34,712 nt of DNA from an uncultured Candidatus Saccharibacteria bacterium. GTDB taxonomy: Bacteria; Patescibacteriota; Minisyncoccia; Phycocordibacterales; CSBR16-119. Position numbers and translations under genes: made by a program. Below are positions 1 to 8,928 of this stretch, piece by piece. Each line of letters begins with the position of its first letter. Position 1 is the stretch's first letter. The notes under the pieces are model-generated. The model saw only the letters and a list, made by a program, of their open reading frames with translations. It searched no databases and was not told the DNA's origin. The DNA is taken from positions 1 to 34,712 of the forward strand of contig CAZPVH010000006.1 of NCBI GenBank assembly GCA_964589975.1, in the 5' to 3' direction.

Positions 1-32
1 ATGGTATTGGGGTTCGAGTCCCTGACCGGCAG
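1..32 (+). tRNA. 3' fragment of a tRNA gene (T-arm plus acceptor 3' strand); anticodon lies outside the window. The implied U1:A72 pair and G73 would fit Gln or Asn
   Basis: TGGGG-TTCGAGT-CCCTG T-arm at 8-24 (two G-U pairs), then ACCGGCA-G. A bidirectional terminator follows at 130-157. Confidence 0.7.
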
Positions 33-49
33 CAAACTTGAGCTAGCAC
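25..49. repeat. attL of the integrated element (B arm ACCGG, CA crossover 30-31, P' arm GCAAA-CTTGAGCTAG)
   Basis: CAGCAAA at 30-36 recurs at 12878-12884. CTTGAGCTAG at 37-46 is the exact reverse complement of CTAGCTCAAG at 12863-12872. Confidence 0.75.
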
Positions 50-129
50 GAGATGCTTACAAAATAAGCTCTCCAACTAGCCGAGATCTATACTGTAATT
101 GCATACCTGCTGAGAGCAGTATCCAGAAC

Positions 130-157
130 AAAAAAGCACCCAGTCGGGTGCTTTTTT
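130..157. terminator. Bidirectional intrinsic terminator downstream of the tRNA
   Basis: AAAAAAGCACCC-AGTC-GGGTGCTTTTTT perfect hairpin with A and T tracts. Confidence 0.85.
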
Positions 158-166
158 GTATTTGAC

Positions 167-196
167 TTGCCATATACCCCCTAGGGGGTATATAAT
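167..196 (+). promoter_or_regulatory. Copper operon promoter with CsoR-type operator
   Basis: TTGCCA (167-172), 18 bp, TATAAT (191-196). Perfect 22-bp palindrome ATATACCCCCTAGGGGGTATAT at 172-193 with the C/G tracts typical of CsoR operators. Confidence 0.85.
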
Positions 197-202
197 ATGT
201 TC

Positions 203-478
203 ATGAAATATATGGAAGATAAGAGTAAGGGGAAAATTATTCGTCGCCTCAAACTTATTGAGGGTCAGATTAGAGGTCTGCAAAAAATGGTTGAAGGTGA
301 CACATATTGCATTGACGTGATCACCCAAACTTCTGCGGTCAAACAAGGACTTTCCAATATTGAGGATTTGTTGCTCGAAAATCATCTTGGTGGATGCATT
401 CTGAATCAGGTAAAAGCTGGGCAGACTGAAAAGGCAAAGCAAGAGATTTTAAAAGTTTATAAGCTAAAGAGAAAATAA
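203..478 (+). CDS. csoR: Copper-sensing transcriptional repressor, CsoR/RcnR family
   Basis: RLKLIEGQIRGLQKMV...YCIDVITQ...ENHLGGC with the Cys/His/Cys ligands. Start placed at ATG 203 because ATG 197 abuts the -10 box. Confidence 0.92.
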   Translation: MKYMEDKSKGKIIRRLKLIEGQIRGLQKMVEGDTYCIDVITQTSAVKQGLSNIEDLLLENHLGGCILNQVKAGQTEKAKQEILKVYKLKRK

Positions 479-481
479 TTT

Positions 482-2776
482 ATGCATACACAAACATACA
501 ACGTAAAAGGAATGCATTGTGCCTCATGCTCATCTGTTATTGAAAAAACATTCAAGAAAGTCGAAGGTGTGCATTCTGCAGAAGTGAACTATGGTACAGA
601 AAAAGCGAAAGTTTCTTTTGATCCTTCCAAAACAAGTCCTCATGATCTCTCTAAGCACATCGAACCCCTTGGATATTCGCTTGAAGTACCTGAAACAGCG
701 ATGGAAATGGGTATGTCCGAAAGTGAACATGCAGCCCATCTTGGACTTAATCAGTCAAAAAAGGAAAAGCTTGCCGAAGTTGCGGACATGCGAACAAAGG
801 TGCTCTCTGCAATTCCTTTGGCAATCTTTGCAGCTCTCATTATGGGCTGGGACATTCTCGCTGAGTACAGCATTGTCCCTGCGATGAGTTATACACTCAA
901 GGAATTTTTTCACCATCTCCTTCCAATATTTGCCACCTACATTCTTTTTGTAGTAGGTAAGCCATACCTTCTTGGTTTTTATAGATTTCTCCGATACGGC
1001 AAAGCGAATATGGATACGCTTATCGGTATTGGTACGGTAGCCGCTTTTTTATACAGTTTCGCCGTCAGTGCTTTTGAGGATGTTCTTAAGCCATTTATTA
1101 ACGTCGAATATCAATACTACGATGTAACGATTGTAGTCATTACCTTTATTGCGCTTGGTAAATACCTTGAGGCAAGGTCTAAAATTAAAACGGGAGATGC
1201 CATCGAAAAGCTTCTCAATCTTCAAGCGAAAACAGCATTGGTTGTTCTTGATGGAAAGGAAATCGAGATTTCAGTAAACGATGTAAAGCACGGAGATTTG
1301 ATTATCGTAAAGCCAGGAGCAAAAATTCCTGTTGATGGTGTGATCATTGAAGGCTCATCTTTTATTGATGAATCGATGGTTACAGGAGAGCCAATGCCTG
1401 CTCAGAAAAAGATCGGTGACAATGTAGTATCTGGCACAATAAATACAAGCGGATCATTTACCTTTAAAGCCACTAAGGTTGGTTCAGAGACATTGCTCGC
1501 ACAGATTATAAAGATGGTTGAAGATGCTCAAGGAAGCAAAGCACCAATACAGGCACTGGCAGACAAGATATCAGCAATCTTTGTACCTATAGTTCTAATA
1601 ATCGCTTTTCTTTCCCTTGGTGCGTGGCTTATTATTGGGTCGCAATATTTGGGCTTTTCCCAAGCACTTTCATTCGGTCTTGTATCCTTTGTTGGACTCC
1701 TGGTAATAGCCTGTCCGTGCGCGCTTGGTCTCGCTACTCCAACCGCAATAATCGTCGGAGTTGGCAAAGGTGCTAAGGAAGGAATTCTTATCAAAGATGC
1801 GGCTACTCTTGAAAAACTCCACAAGGTAAACACAGTTGTGGTCGACAAGACAGGAACAGTAACCAAGGGAAAGCCGACGCTTATCGATATACAAAACTTC
1901 TCAAACTTGAAAGATGATGAACTTGTTTCAATCCTCGCTTCGCTTGAGAAAAAATCAGAGCATCCGATCGCACACGCAATCGTAAGCTACGCACAAGAGA
2001 AAAATATCTCAATATCTGATGTTTCAAACTTTGAAGGAATACAAGGAAAGGGTCTTAAGGGAAAGATAAAAGACACTGAATATTTTGTAGGCAATGCAAA
2101 ACTTGTGAGTGATCTCAAGATTTTATTTGACGCTAATAAGTTAGACGAGTTTACTTCACAAGGAAAAACACCAGTCATTCTTGCCACCAATGAAAAAGTT
2201 CTTGGTTTCGTGATGGTGGCAGATGAAATCAAGACCGAGTCAGTAGAGGCTATTAAAAATCTTCACGCTCTCGGCATAAAGGTAGTTATGCTTACAGGAG
2301 ATGATGAAAAGGCTGCAAAGTATATAGGGTCACTCGTCGGTATCGATGATGTTGTAGCTCATGTGTTACCGCAGGATAAGCTTGAAAAAATAAAAGAGCT
2401 TCAATCGCAAGGTCGTATTGTTGCTATGGCTGGCGATGGAGTGAACGATGCGCCCGCGCTTGCTCAGGCTGATGTAGGGATTGCTATGGGTACGGGTACG
2501 GATGTTGCGATCGAGTCTGCAGGCATCACACTTCTTGGCGGTGATATTTCAAAGCTTGTAAAAGCTATCAAGCTTTCCAAGATCACTATGCGAGGAATCA
2601 AGCAAAATCTTTTCTGGGCATTCGTCTACAACATTGTCGGTATACCACTCGCCGCAGGTGTTTTCTATCCAATCTTCGGTTGGCTTTTGAATCCTATCTT
2701 TGCTGGATTAGCTATGGCGATGTCGTCAGTCTCCGTAGTGTCGAATTCACTTCGCATTAAAGCTAAGAAATTATAA
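482..2776 (+). CDS. copA: Cu(I)-translocating P1B-type ATPase
   Basis: N-terminal GMHCASC, CPC (IACPCALGLATP), DKTGT, SEHP, GDGVNDAP, YN and MAMSS transmembrane ligands. Confidence 0.96.
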   Translation: MHTQTYNVKGMHCASCSSVIEKTFKKVEGVHSAEVNYGTEKAKVSFDPSKTSPHDLSKHIEPLGYSLEVPETAMEMGMSESEHAAHLGLNQSKKEKLAEVADMRTKVLSAIPLAIFAALIMGWDILAEYSIVPAMSYTLKEFFHHLLPIFATYILFVVGKPYLLGFYRFLRYGKANMDTLIGIGTVAAFLYSFAVSAFEDVLKPFINVEYQYYDVTIVVITFIALGKYLEARSKIKTGDAIEKLLNLQAKTALVVLDGKEIEISVNDVKHGDLIIVKPGAKIPVDGVIIEGSSFIDESMVTGEPMPAQKKIGDNVVSGTINTSGSFTFKATKVGSETLLAQIIKMVEDAQGSKAPIQALADKISAIFVPIVLIIAFLSLGAWLIIGSQYLGFSQALSFGLVSFVGLLVIACPCALGLATPTAIIVGVGKGAKEGILIKDAATLEKLHKVNTVVVDKTGTVTKGKPTLIDIQNFSNLKDDELVSILASLEKKSEHPIAHAIVSYAQEKNISISDVSNFEGIQGKGLKGKIKDTEYFVGNAKLVSDLKILFDANKLDEFTSQGKTPVILATNEKVLGFVMVADEIKTESVEAIKNLHALGIKVVMLTGDDEKAAKYIGSLVGIDDVVAHVLPQDKLEKIKELQSQGRIVAMAGDGVNDAPALAQADVGIAMGTGTDVAIESAGITLLGGDISKLVKAIKLSKITMRGIKQNLFWAFVYNIVGIPLAAGVFYPIFGWLLNPIFAGLAMAMSSVSVVSNSLRIKAKKL

Positions 2777-2778
2777 TT

Positions 2779-3786
2779 ATGAAAGCATACACATTACACG
2801 TATCGGGTACCCATTGTGCATCATGCAAAATCTTAATCGAAGATGTTTTAAATGATCAAGATTATATTAGTAGCGCACAAGTAGATTTAAAAAATCAAAC
2901 CTTACGAATAGAAACTGTGAGTGAGAAATCTCCAGAAGAATTGGCAGATTTACTTACTGAGAAGGTAAAACCAAACGGCTATACGGTATCAGTAGAAAGG
3001 GTTTTAATAGAAAAACAAAAAGATGATGTTATCTGGAAGGCACTGCCTATAGGGTTAGTATTCCTAATACTTTTCTTTGTATTACAAAAATCAGGGCTAT
3101 TAAATCTTGGTATCGGTGGCACAACCACCCCTGCCACGAGTTTTATTATTGGGCTTATTGCATCAGTATCAAGCTGTCTTGCTGTGGTTGGCGGACTTGT
3201 TCTGTCACTTTCAGCAAAAATTTCTCAAGACAACGTAAGTGATACAAAGACTTTCATGCTTTTCCATATCGGAAGACTCGTTAGTTTTGCGCTCCTTGGC
3301 GGAGTGCTTGGCTTAGTTGGGAGTGCTATAGGAATCAGTTTTACTTTTACTGCAATCCTAGGAATTATTGCGTCAATAGTAATGCTTCTATTGGGACTCA
3401 ATCTGATTGGAGTGTTCAAAAAGAATAAAGTGGCATTACCTTCAGGAATTTTTAACTTCTTCCGCAAAATAGAACACAAGACTCTAACTCCTTTAATAGT
3501 TGGATTTGCCACATTCTTCCTGCCTTGTGGTTTTACTCAATCGATGCAAGTAGTAGCACTATCTAGCGGTTCATTTATTTCAGGATTACTTATTATGCTT
3601 GCATTTGCTCTCGGTACGCTCCCAATGCTTTTACTCTTGTCGTTTGGAGGAGCATCGCTTGCTCATGGAAAACATGCACCCTTGTTCTTCAAATCTGCTG
3701 GAGTGGTAGTGATAGGTCTTGGAATATTTGCACTACTTGCAGGTCTGGCAGGGCTTGGAATTATTAATCCTTTATTTAATATATAA
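2779..3786 (+). CDS. HMA domain plus DsbD_2 / sulfite-exporter TauE/SafE-like membrane protein
   Basis: N-terminal GTHCASC, multiple hydrophobic helices, SSCLAVVGG and FLPCGF motifs; directly follows copA. Confidence 0.85.
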   Translation: MKAYTLHVSGTHCASCKILIEDVLNDQDYISSAQVDLKNQTLRIETVSEKSPEELADLLTEKVKPNGYTVSVERVLIEKQKDDVIWKALPIGLVFLILFFVLQKSGLLNLGIGGTTTPATSFIIGLIASVSSCLAVVGGLVLSLSAKISQDNVSDTKTFMLFHIGRLVSFALLGGVLGLVGSAIGISFTFTAILGIIASIVMLLLGLNLIGVFKKNKVALPSGIFNFFRKIEHKTLTPLIVGFATFFLPCGFTQSMQVVALSSGSFISGLLIMLAFALGTLPMLLLLSFGGASLAHGKHAPLFFKSAGVVVIGLGIFALLAGLAGLGIINPLFNI

Positions 3787-3793
3787 TTATTTT

Positions 3794-4195
3794 ATGAACA
3801 AAACCGCTTCAATCATTATTACTTTAGCCCTTGTGGTAGGTCTCGGCATTATATTTGTCGGTGGATCAAAGTCGGGAAACTCTAATACTGATTCAATACA
3901 GCAAGCCCAAAACGTAGAGATACGAGATGGCGTTCAATATATAACGATTGATGCTAAAGGCGGATATTCTCCAAAAATATCTTCTGCCAAAGCAGATATC
4001 CCTACTAAACTAGTTGTCAAAACAAACGGCACATATGATTGCTCATCGTCCCTGGTGATTAAATCTATTGGATATCAAAAAATCCTAGCTCAAACTGGAG
4101 AGGAAATTATTGATATCGGTACACCGAAAGCTGGTGTACCACTGCAAGGAGTTTGTGGTATGGGAATGTATAATTTCTCGATCAGTTTTACTTAA
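3794..4195 (+). CDS. Cupredoxin-like exported or membrane-anchored protein
   Basis: N-terminal signal or TM helix, GGYSP...DCSSSLVI...CGMGMY. Start placed at MNKT (3794), just after the upstream stop. Confidence 0.75.
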   Translation: MNKTASIIITLALVVGLGIIFVGGSKSGNSNTDSIQQAQNVEIRDGVQYITIDAKGGYSPKISSAKADIPTKLVVKTNGTYDCSSSLVIKSIGYQKILAQTGEEIIDIGTPKAGVPLQGVCGMGMYNFSISFT

Positions 4196-5511
4196 GGTAA
4201 ATAGATTTGTTTTTCTTTGAGTAAAATTTTACTCTTGAAACAAGTAAGCAGTTCTCGTTTTTCTTCGATAGATCCATCTTTCAAAATAAACTTTGCGTAG
4301 TCTCGTATGTCTACATCTTTTATTTGTATTTGTTGTTTGATATTCAGAACCGATTGATTGAATCTTTTGATTCGCTCAACTTCAGTTTTGATTTTCTCTT
4401 TCATTCCGATCTCATTGATATTAATGTGATCAAGTAGCTTCTCAAATTGTTCAATAAGCTCGACTTCGTTAATGTAGCCACATTTGCAGTACTTATCTTT
4501 TGATTTCGTACAACTGTAGTAAACATGTCTGTTCACTGATCCGTCTTTAAGTTTCTTAAACTTTTCATCTGCACAGATACCAGATTCGCACAGACCACAC
4601 GACATCATTTTTGTGAAAGCGAACTCCTTCGGCTCTTGTACTCGTAATACTTGGCTTTTTACTTGCCCTTGAACCTGATCATAAAGTTCCTTAGATATAA
4701 TCGGTTCATGTTTTCCTGTATAGAAATTGCCACTCTTCTTAGGGTATTCAAAAACCCCATAGTAGATGGGGTTCTGCAGTATAAGATATATGTTACTGAG
4801 AGTGAGTCCTTTGTTGCCGTTTCTTGTCTTAAAGTTTAGCTCAAACTTGAGCCAATGGAAAAGCTTTCTGCCTGACCATTTTTCATACGCTACTTTTTCA
4901 AACATTTGCTTTACTATCGGTGCTCGTTCGGTATCTATAACAACTTCACACTTTTTATCCATTCGTTTTTCGTTGAGATATCCAACAACAGCAGGACCAG
5001 GGCGAAGCCCCATCTCACATCTTGTTCGTAAACCTCGTTTTACATTGATACTTTTATTATCGTTCTCGAGTTTTGCTTGGGAACATAGAATCATTAAAAG
5101 AAACTTCTCATTTGGAGAATTTTTGAAGTGTTGTCCATATGTTCTGATTTCAAGAAGTTTTGTCTCGTCCATAAGGTCAACTACTGATCCTAGATCTCCT
5201 GCATTTCTTGATAGACGATCAGGTGCCCAGGTGAGTATTCCGTTATACCTACCACGCCTTATATCCTCTAATACCTCTCTAAACACTGGTCGTTGCCCAG
5301 ATTCTTTAGCTGAGTGAGATTCACGTCTAATATCAACAACTGTTAAGCCATCACGGTCGGCTATAGCAAGCATTTCCTTAACCTGTGATTCGATAGACAG
5401 GGCTTGTTTTTCGTCTGATTCGGTTGATTTTCGAGCGTACAGGACATACCGAATCTTGGTTTTGGGTACCTCTGTCCTTACTCCTAAATTGCTTATATAT
5501 TGCGTCTCCAT
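4192..5511 (-). CDS. Large serine recombinase (resolvase, recombinase and Zn-ribbon domains)
   Basis: YARKSTE catalytic motif, ESHSAK, DRLSR, and C-terminal CGLC...YYSC...CKC. Start placed at METQ (5511); the ORF is open from 5529. Confidence 0.93.
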   Translation of the reverse strand: METQYISNLGVRTEVPKTKIRYVLYARKSTESDEKQALSIESQVKEMLAIADRDGLTVVDIRRESHSAKESGQRPVFREVLEDIRRGRYNGILTWAPDRLSRNAGDLGSVVDLMDETKLLEIRTYGQHFKNSPNEKFLLMILCSQAKLENDNKSINVKRGLRTRCEMGLRPGPAVVGYLNEKRMDKKCEVVIDTERAPIVKQMFEKVAYEKWSGRKLFHWLKFELNFKTRNGNKGLTLSNIYLILQNPIYYGVFEYPKKSGNFYTGKHEPIISKELYDQVQGQVKSQVLRVQEPKEFAFTKMMSCGLCESGICADEKFKKLKDGSVNRHVYYSCTKSKDKYCKCGYINEVELIEQFEKLLDHININEIGMKEKIKTEVERIKRFNQSVLNIKQQIQIKDVDIRDYAKFILKDGSIEEKRELLTCFKSKILLKEKQIYLP

Positions 5512-5583
5512 ATTATATTGATGACGCAATTTGAGCGTTTTGCTAAGTCTATGCAGAACTAGCGAAATATTGCATACTCGCGA

Positions 5584-7080
5584 CTACTTTTTTTGATCCA
5601 TATCTACATAATCCCTAAAGTACAAAGGTTCATCATCTCCCATCCAGTACATAAGCCAAGTAGATTCTCCTGAATGCTTGTCCATGGTTGAGTTGATCAA
5701 TAGAGAAAACGCATCTGCTAAGTCGTCATGTTTTTCAACCCCAAATCCAACAAGTTGCTCAATTAACTGCTCACATCCTTGTCTTGGGAATTTAATCTTT
5801 CCTGACTTAATAGCTGTTGAGGTGAGAGCAAGTCGTGTTCTTTTGTCTCCCTTTGGTTTAATCGCCGTTGCTTTAACTCCTTGATGTTCAAGCATTTGAG
5901 GTAATGCTTCTTGATATGCAACACTTTCGACAAAAAGCTCATCGGAATGTTTTTTAAGTATAGTGTTACGAACATCTTTCATGAGATCAACCTGTGCAGG
6001 GAAATTAAGTTTTTTTGCAATAGGATTTGGAAGTATGTATATACACATTTTTTCTCGACGAGAATATATGTGAGCAAATACGACAGCTGTATCATCAGCA
6101 ACTTCTGATCCTGAAATCGCAAGATCTACTCCTGCGTAGGTACCACGATAACCACGATGTTTTTCTCCTGGCAGTTCATCATAGAATTGAATCCATTCTG
6201 GATAAATAACTTGATCATCGCTTGGAATAATACGGAGCAAGTATTCTCGTTGCCAAGATATTTCACTGGCAACTTTTAATTTCTCTTCTTCCAGGTCTTT
6301 TTCGGTTGCATATTTTCCAGACCACAAACACACCCCGTTTTTATCAATCAACGGATACTCTTTAAATATTCCTTTTGCTTTACCTTTAGAGATTTCGTCT
6401 TTGATACGCATTAACAACGAATCTTCGTGGAGTAAGTTACCAACAATAATGAGTCGAGTATTTCTGTCACCAGCAGGGATCACTTCACCTCGGAGCCAGT
6501 TATAGGTCTTTTCTCGACCCTCACGAGTTTTTGTAGATTGAACATCTTCAACGTCATCGCAGATGATGAGATCAGGACGGTGTTCATTGTGGCGAATTCC
6601 ACGGATACTCTGTTCGGCAGAAGCCACAGTGATTCTTGCCCCGTGTTTCTTGAACACGAGAGAGAATGAACCCCATTCGTCACTTTCTTCTTGAAAAGGT
6701 CCAAGGTCTTTTTTAAGAACGTCATTGCCCTCAAGTTCAGTACGGATATTCATCATGTGTTGTTTTGCCTGTGCTCGTGTTTGGCAGAATATAATACAAA
6801 ACTTCTTTTGTTGTTTTCCGAGGATTGCCCAGATTGGGTATGCTGTTGTGACCATGGTCGATTTTCCTGATCCACGAAATGCAACCACATATAAGTTTTC
6901 AGTAGTACTTTTTTCGAGATTATGAATAATCTCTTTTTGAAAATCTGCTGTTTCGTATTTCACATAGTGTGCATAGTAGAAATGGAAAAAATACAAGAAA
7001 CTATCTTTAGTAATTGATGTTCGCACTGATCTATCTTTAATCATAGTATTCACCAGTGCTTTTGGAATTATTTTAGTCAT
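5584..7080 (-). CDS. Phage terminase large subunit-like ATPase/nuclease
   Basis: Walker A AFRGSGKST, Walker B LIICDDVED, coupling motif IIVGN, RNase H-like nuclease motifs GVDLA, VESVAYQ and HDDLADA. Confidence 0.88.
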   Translation of the reverse strand: MTKIIPKALVNTMIKDRSVRTSITKDSFLYFFHFYYAHYVKYETADFQKEIIHNLEKSTTENLYVVAFRGSGKSTMVTTAYPIWAILGKQQKKFCIIFCQTRAQAKQHMMNIRTELEGNDVLKKDLGPFQEESDEWGSFSLVFKKHGARITVASAEQSIRGIRHNEHRPDLIICDDVEDVQSTKTREGREKTYNWLRGEVIPAGDRNTRLIIVGNLLHEDSLLMRIKDEISKGKAKGIFKEYPLIDKNGVCLWSGKYATEKDLEEEKLKVASEISWQREYLLRIIPSDDQVIYPEWIQFYDELPGEKHRGYRGTYAGVDLAISGSEVADDTAVVFAHIYSRREKMCIYILPNPIAKKLNFPAQVDLMKDVRNTILKKHSDELFVESVAYQEALPQMLEHQGVKATAIKPKGDKRTRLALTSTAIKSGKIKFPRQGCEQLIEQLVGFGVEKHDDLADAFSLLINSTMDKHSGESTWLMYWMGDDEPLYFRDYVDMDQKK

Positions 7081-7082
7081 AA

Positions 7083-7490
7083 TTATTTTTTACGATTAAT
7101 ATTTTTAATAGATTTCGACTTGGTAATTTTTGCGAGTTTGAGTGCCTGCTTTACAATTTTCGCTTGTGACGGTGTTAGTTCCTCGTTGTCATCTTTAGTA
7201 GTAATCTCAAGTTTGTTCTTGTAATTATCATTTCGGTGACGAAGCCAAAAACTAATCGCAGGATAGTTTTTCTCCTTGATAAGAGTTAGTAGTTGGCTTT
7301 CACTCATGTCATTTACCAAGGCGACACCTTCAGAAAGTGCATTGTCCATTTTCTTGAGAAATTCTTTATCATCTTTTCGCCAACGATAGACACTATTACG
7401 AGATAATCCTGTTTTCTCACATGCCACCTGAACGATTGGCACTTTTCGCAGTTCATCAAGGAACTGGTCTTGAAATTTATTCTTTTTCAT
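7083..7490 (-). CDS. HTH protein, terminase small subunit-like (phBC6A51-type HTH)
   Basis: IVQVACEKTGLSRNSVYRWRKDDKEF HTH; lies immediately upstream of terL with a 2-nt gap. Confidence 0.65.
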   Translation of the reverse strand: MKKNKFQDQFLDELRKVPIVQVACEKTGLSRNSVYRWRKDDKEFLKKMDNALSEGVALVNDMSESQLLTLIKEKNYPAISFWLRHRNDNYKNKLEITTKDDNEELTPSQAKIVKQALKLAKITKSKSIKNINRKK

Positions 7491-8754
7491 AGAAGTTCTT
7501 GATTACTTGTGCTTTACGACCAGTAAGTTTTTCGTACCGACGAATCGCTAAATCACAAAACACAGGTTCTATCTCTAGGGAATAGACCTTCCGACCTAAT
7601 TGCTCCGCACAGATCATAGTGCTAGCAGATCCAGAGAAGGCATCAAAAATGATGTCTCCTGGTTTAGTGCAACGCATTATAAACTTGTGATGAAGTTCAG
7701 GATTTTTACTCGTTGCGTGTTCCATTTGATTTGAAGGTAGTCGTTTTGTCGCCCAAATGTTTGAAACATCTTCTAGAAGTTGATTACCAGTTCCGTAATC
7801 TTTGTTTTGAACTTCATTTAGATTTCTTACGAGATCTGAAATATATGGAGATCCTTTCGTGCCATACACGCAATACTCAAGGCACTTATTGAACGCAACA
7901 GTTGGTGTCGGTGATGAATTGTTTTTAACCCAGACATTAAGTCTTCGGTTCTTAACTCCATTTTCCATATAGAGCGTTTGAAAAACCCACACCCAGGCTT
8001 CATCACACCAGAAAGCGACGTGTACATCTTTGGTAGATACGGTTAGTGAAGATTTTAGAACCTTGCGAATAAATTCTTTATATTCTTCAGGTGATTGGTT
8101 ATCGTCAAAAGTTCCTCCGTAGTTGGATTTATTACCAACACCTTTGTCGTATGAAAGCCCGATATTAAAAGGTGGATCATTATAGATAGCCGTGGCTTTA
8201 TCATTTCCGAATAGCTTGGTGACAGCATTCATATCGGTAGAACTGGCACATAGCAACTTATGACCACCCATGATGATAAGATTACCCGGCTTTGTTTGTG
8301 GTGTTTTTATTTTCTTTAACTCTTTATCGACATCGAATTTGTCGTCTTTTGTATCTTTTTCCTCGTCCCAGAACTTAACCAGTTCTTTTTCGTTGAATCC
8401 AGCAAACTGCAAAAGCTCTAGGTCAAAAGATTTAAGCTTTTTAAAATCCCATTCACCATCATTAATATTGCTTTCAATTGCAATCTTGCGACGCTCGTCG
8501 TCTGATAGTTTACGATCAGGGATTAATACATTTACTTGTTTGATACCAAGCTGTATCAAAGCAGTTTTTCTTTGGTTGCCTGAGATAATGGTGTTATCCG
8601 TATCAATGACAATTACACTATGAAAACCATTTTGAATGATTTTCTCTTTTAATTTTTCCATAGCGATCTTTGAGATTTTTCTTGGATTTTCTTTCCAAGG
8701 GAGTAGGTCTTTGACCTCTCGAACTCCTGTTTTCCATGAAGGTTTTTTATTCAT
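7477..8754 (-). CDS. ParB/Srx N-terminal domain fused to an N6A/N4C DNA methyltransferase (beta order)
   Basis: PWKENPR...IISGNQR ParB-like N-terminus; motif IV DPPF precedes motif I FDAFSGSAST. Confidence 0.88.
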   Translation of the reverse strand: MNKKPSWKTGVREVKDLLPWKENPRKISKIAMEKLKEKIIQNGFHSVIVIDTDNTIISGNQRKTALIQLGIKQVNVLIPDRKLSDDERRKIAIESNINDGEWDFKKLKSFDLELLQFAGFNEKELVKFWDEEKDTKDDKFDVDKELKKIKTPQTKPGNLIIMGGHKLLCASSTDMNAVTKLFGNDKATAIYNDPPFNIGLSYDKGVGNKSNYGGTFDDNQSPEEYKEFIRKVLKSSLTVSTKDVHVAFWCDEAWVWVFQTLYMENGVKNRRLNVWVKNNSSPTPTVAFNKCLEYCVYGTKGSPYISDLVRNLNEVQNKDYGTGNQLLEDVSNIWATKRLPSNQMEHATSKNPELHHKFIMRCTKPGDIIFDAFSGSASTMICAEQLGRKVYSLEIEPVFCDLAIRRYEKLTGRKAQVIKNFYEKE

Positions 8755-8863
8755 AGAGTTGTTATTTGATTACTTATAAATTTGTAGATGACTAATCTAC
8801 TAACTCTATGAAATCAAAAAGGTACATAGGCATGTAATTGGCATAAAATTGAGTAGCATAAAG

Positions 8864-8885
8864 AAAAAACGCCTATTTAAAGGCG
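8864..8885 (-). terminator. Intrinsic terminator downstream of the 8929-9552 gene
   Basis: Minus strand CGCCT-TTAAAT-AGGCG-TTTTTT; short stem. Confidence 0.55.
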
Positions 8886-8928
8886 ATTTTTCAAAGTTAT
8901 CCACTCAACTTGGTGTCAACTTAGGAAT

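Noticed and set aside
75-113. AACTAGC...TTGCATAC resemblance to 5558-5577 as a second att pair
   Set aside because: The spacing between the matching blocks differs and there is no dyad symmetry; probably chance.
77-442. 121-aa minus-strand ORF
   Set aside because: Antisense shadow of csoR that also crosses the operator and terminator; no recognisable motif.
8897-8905. DnaA-box-like TTATCCACT as an element origin
   Set aside because: Single 8/9 match with no cluster of boxes or iterons.
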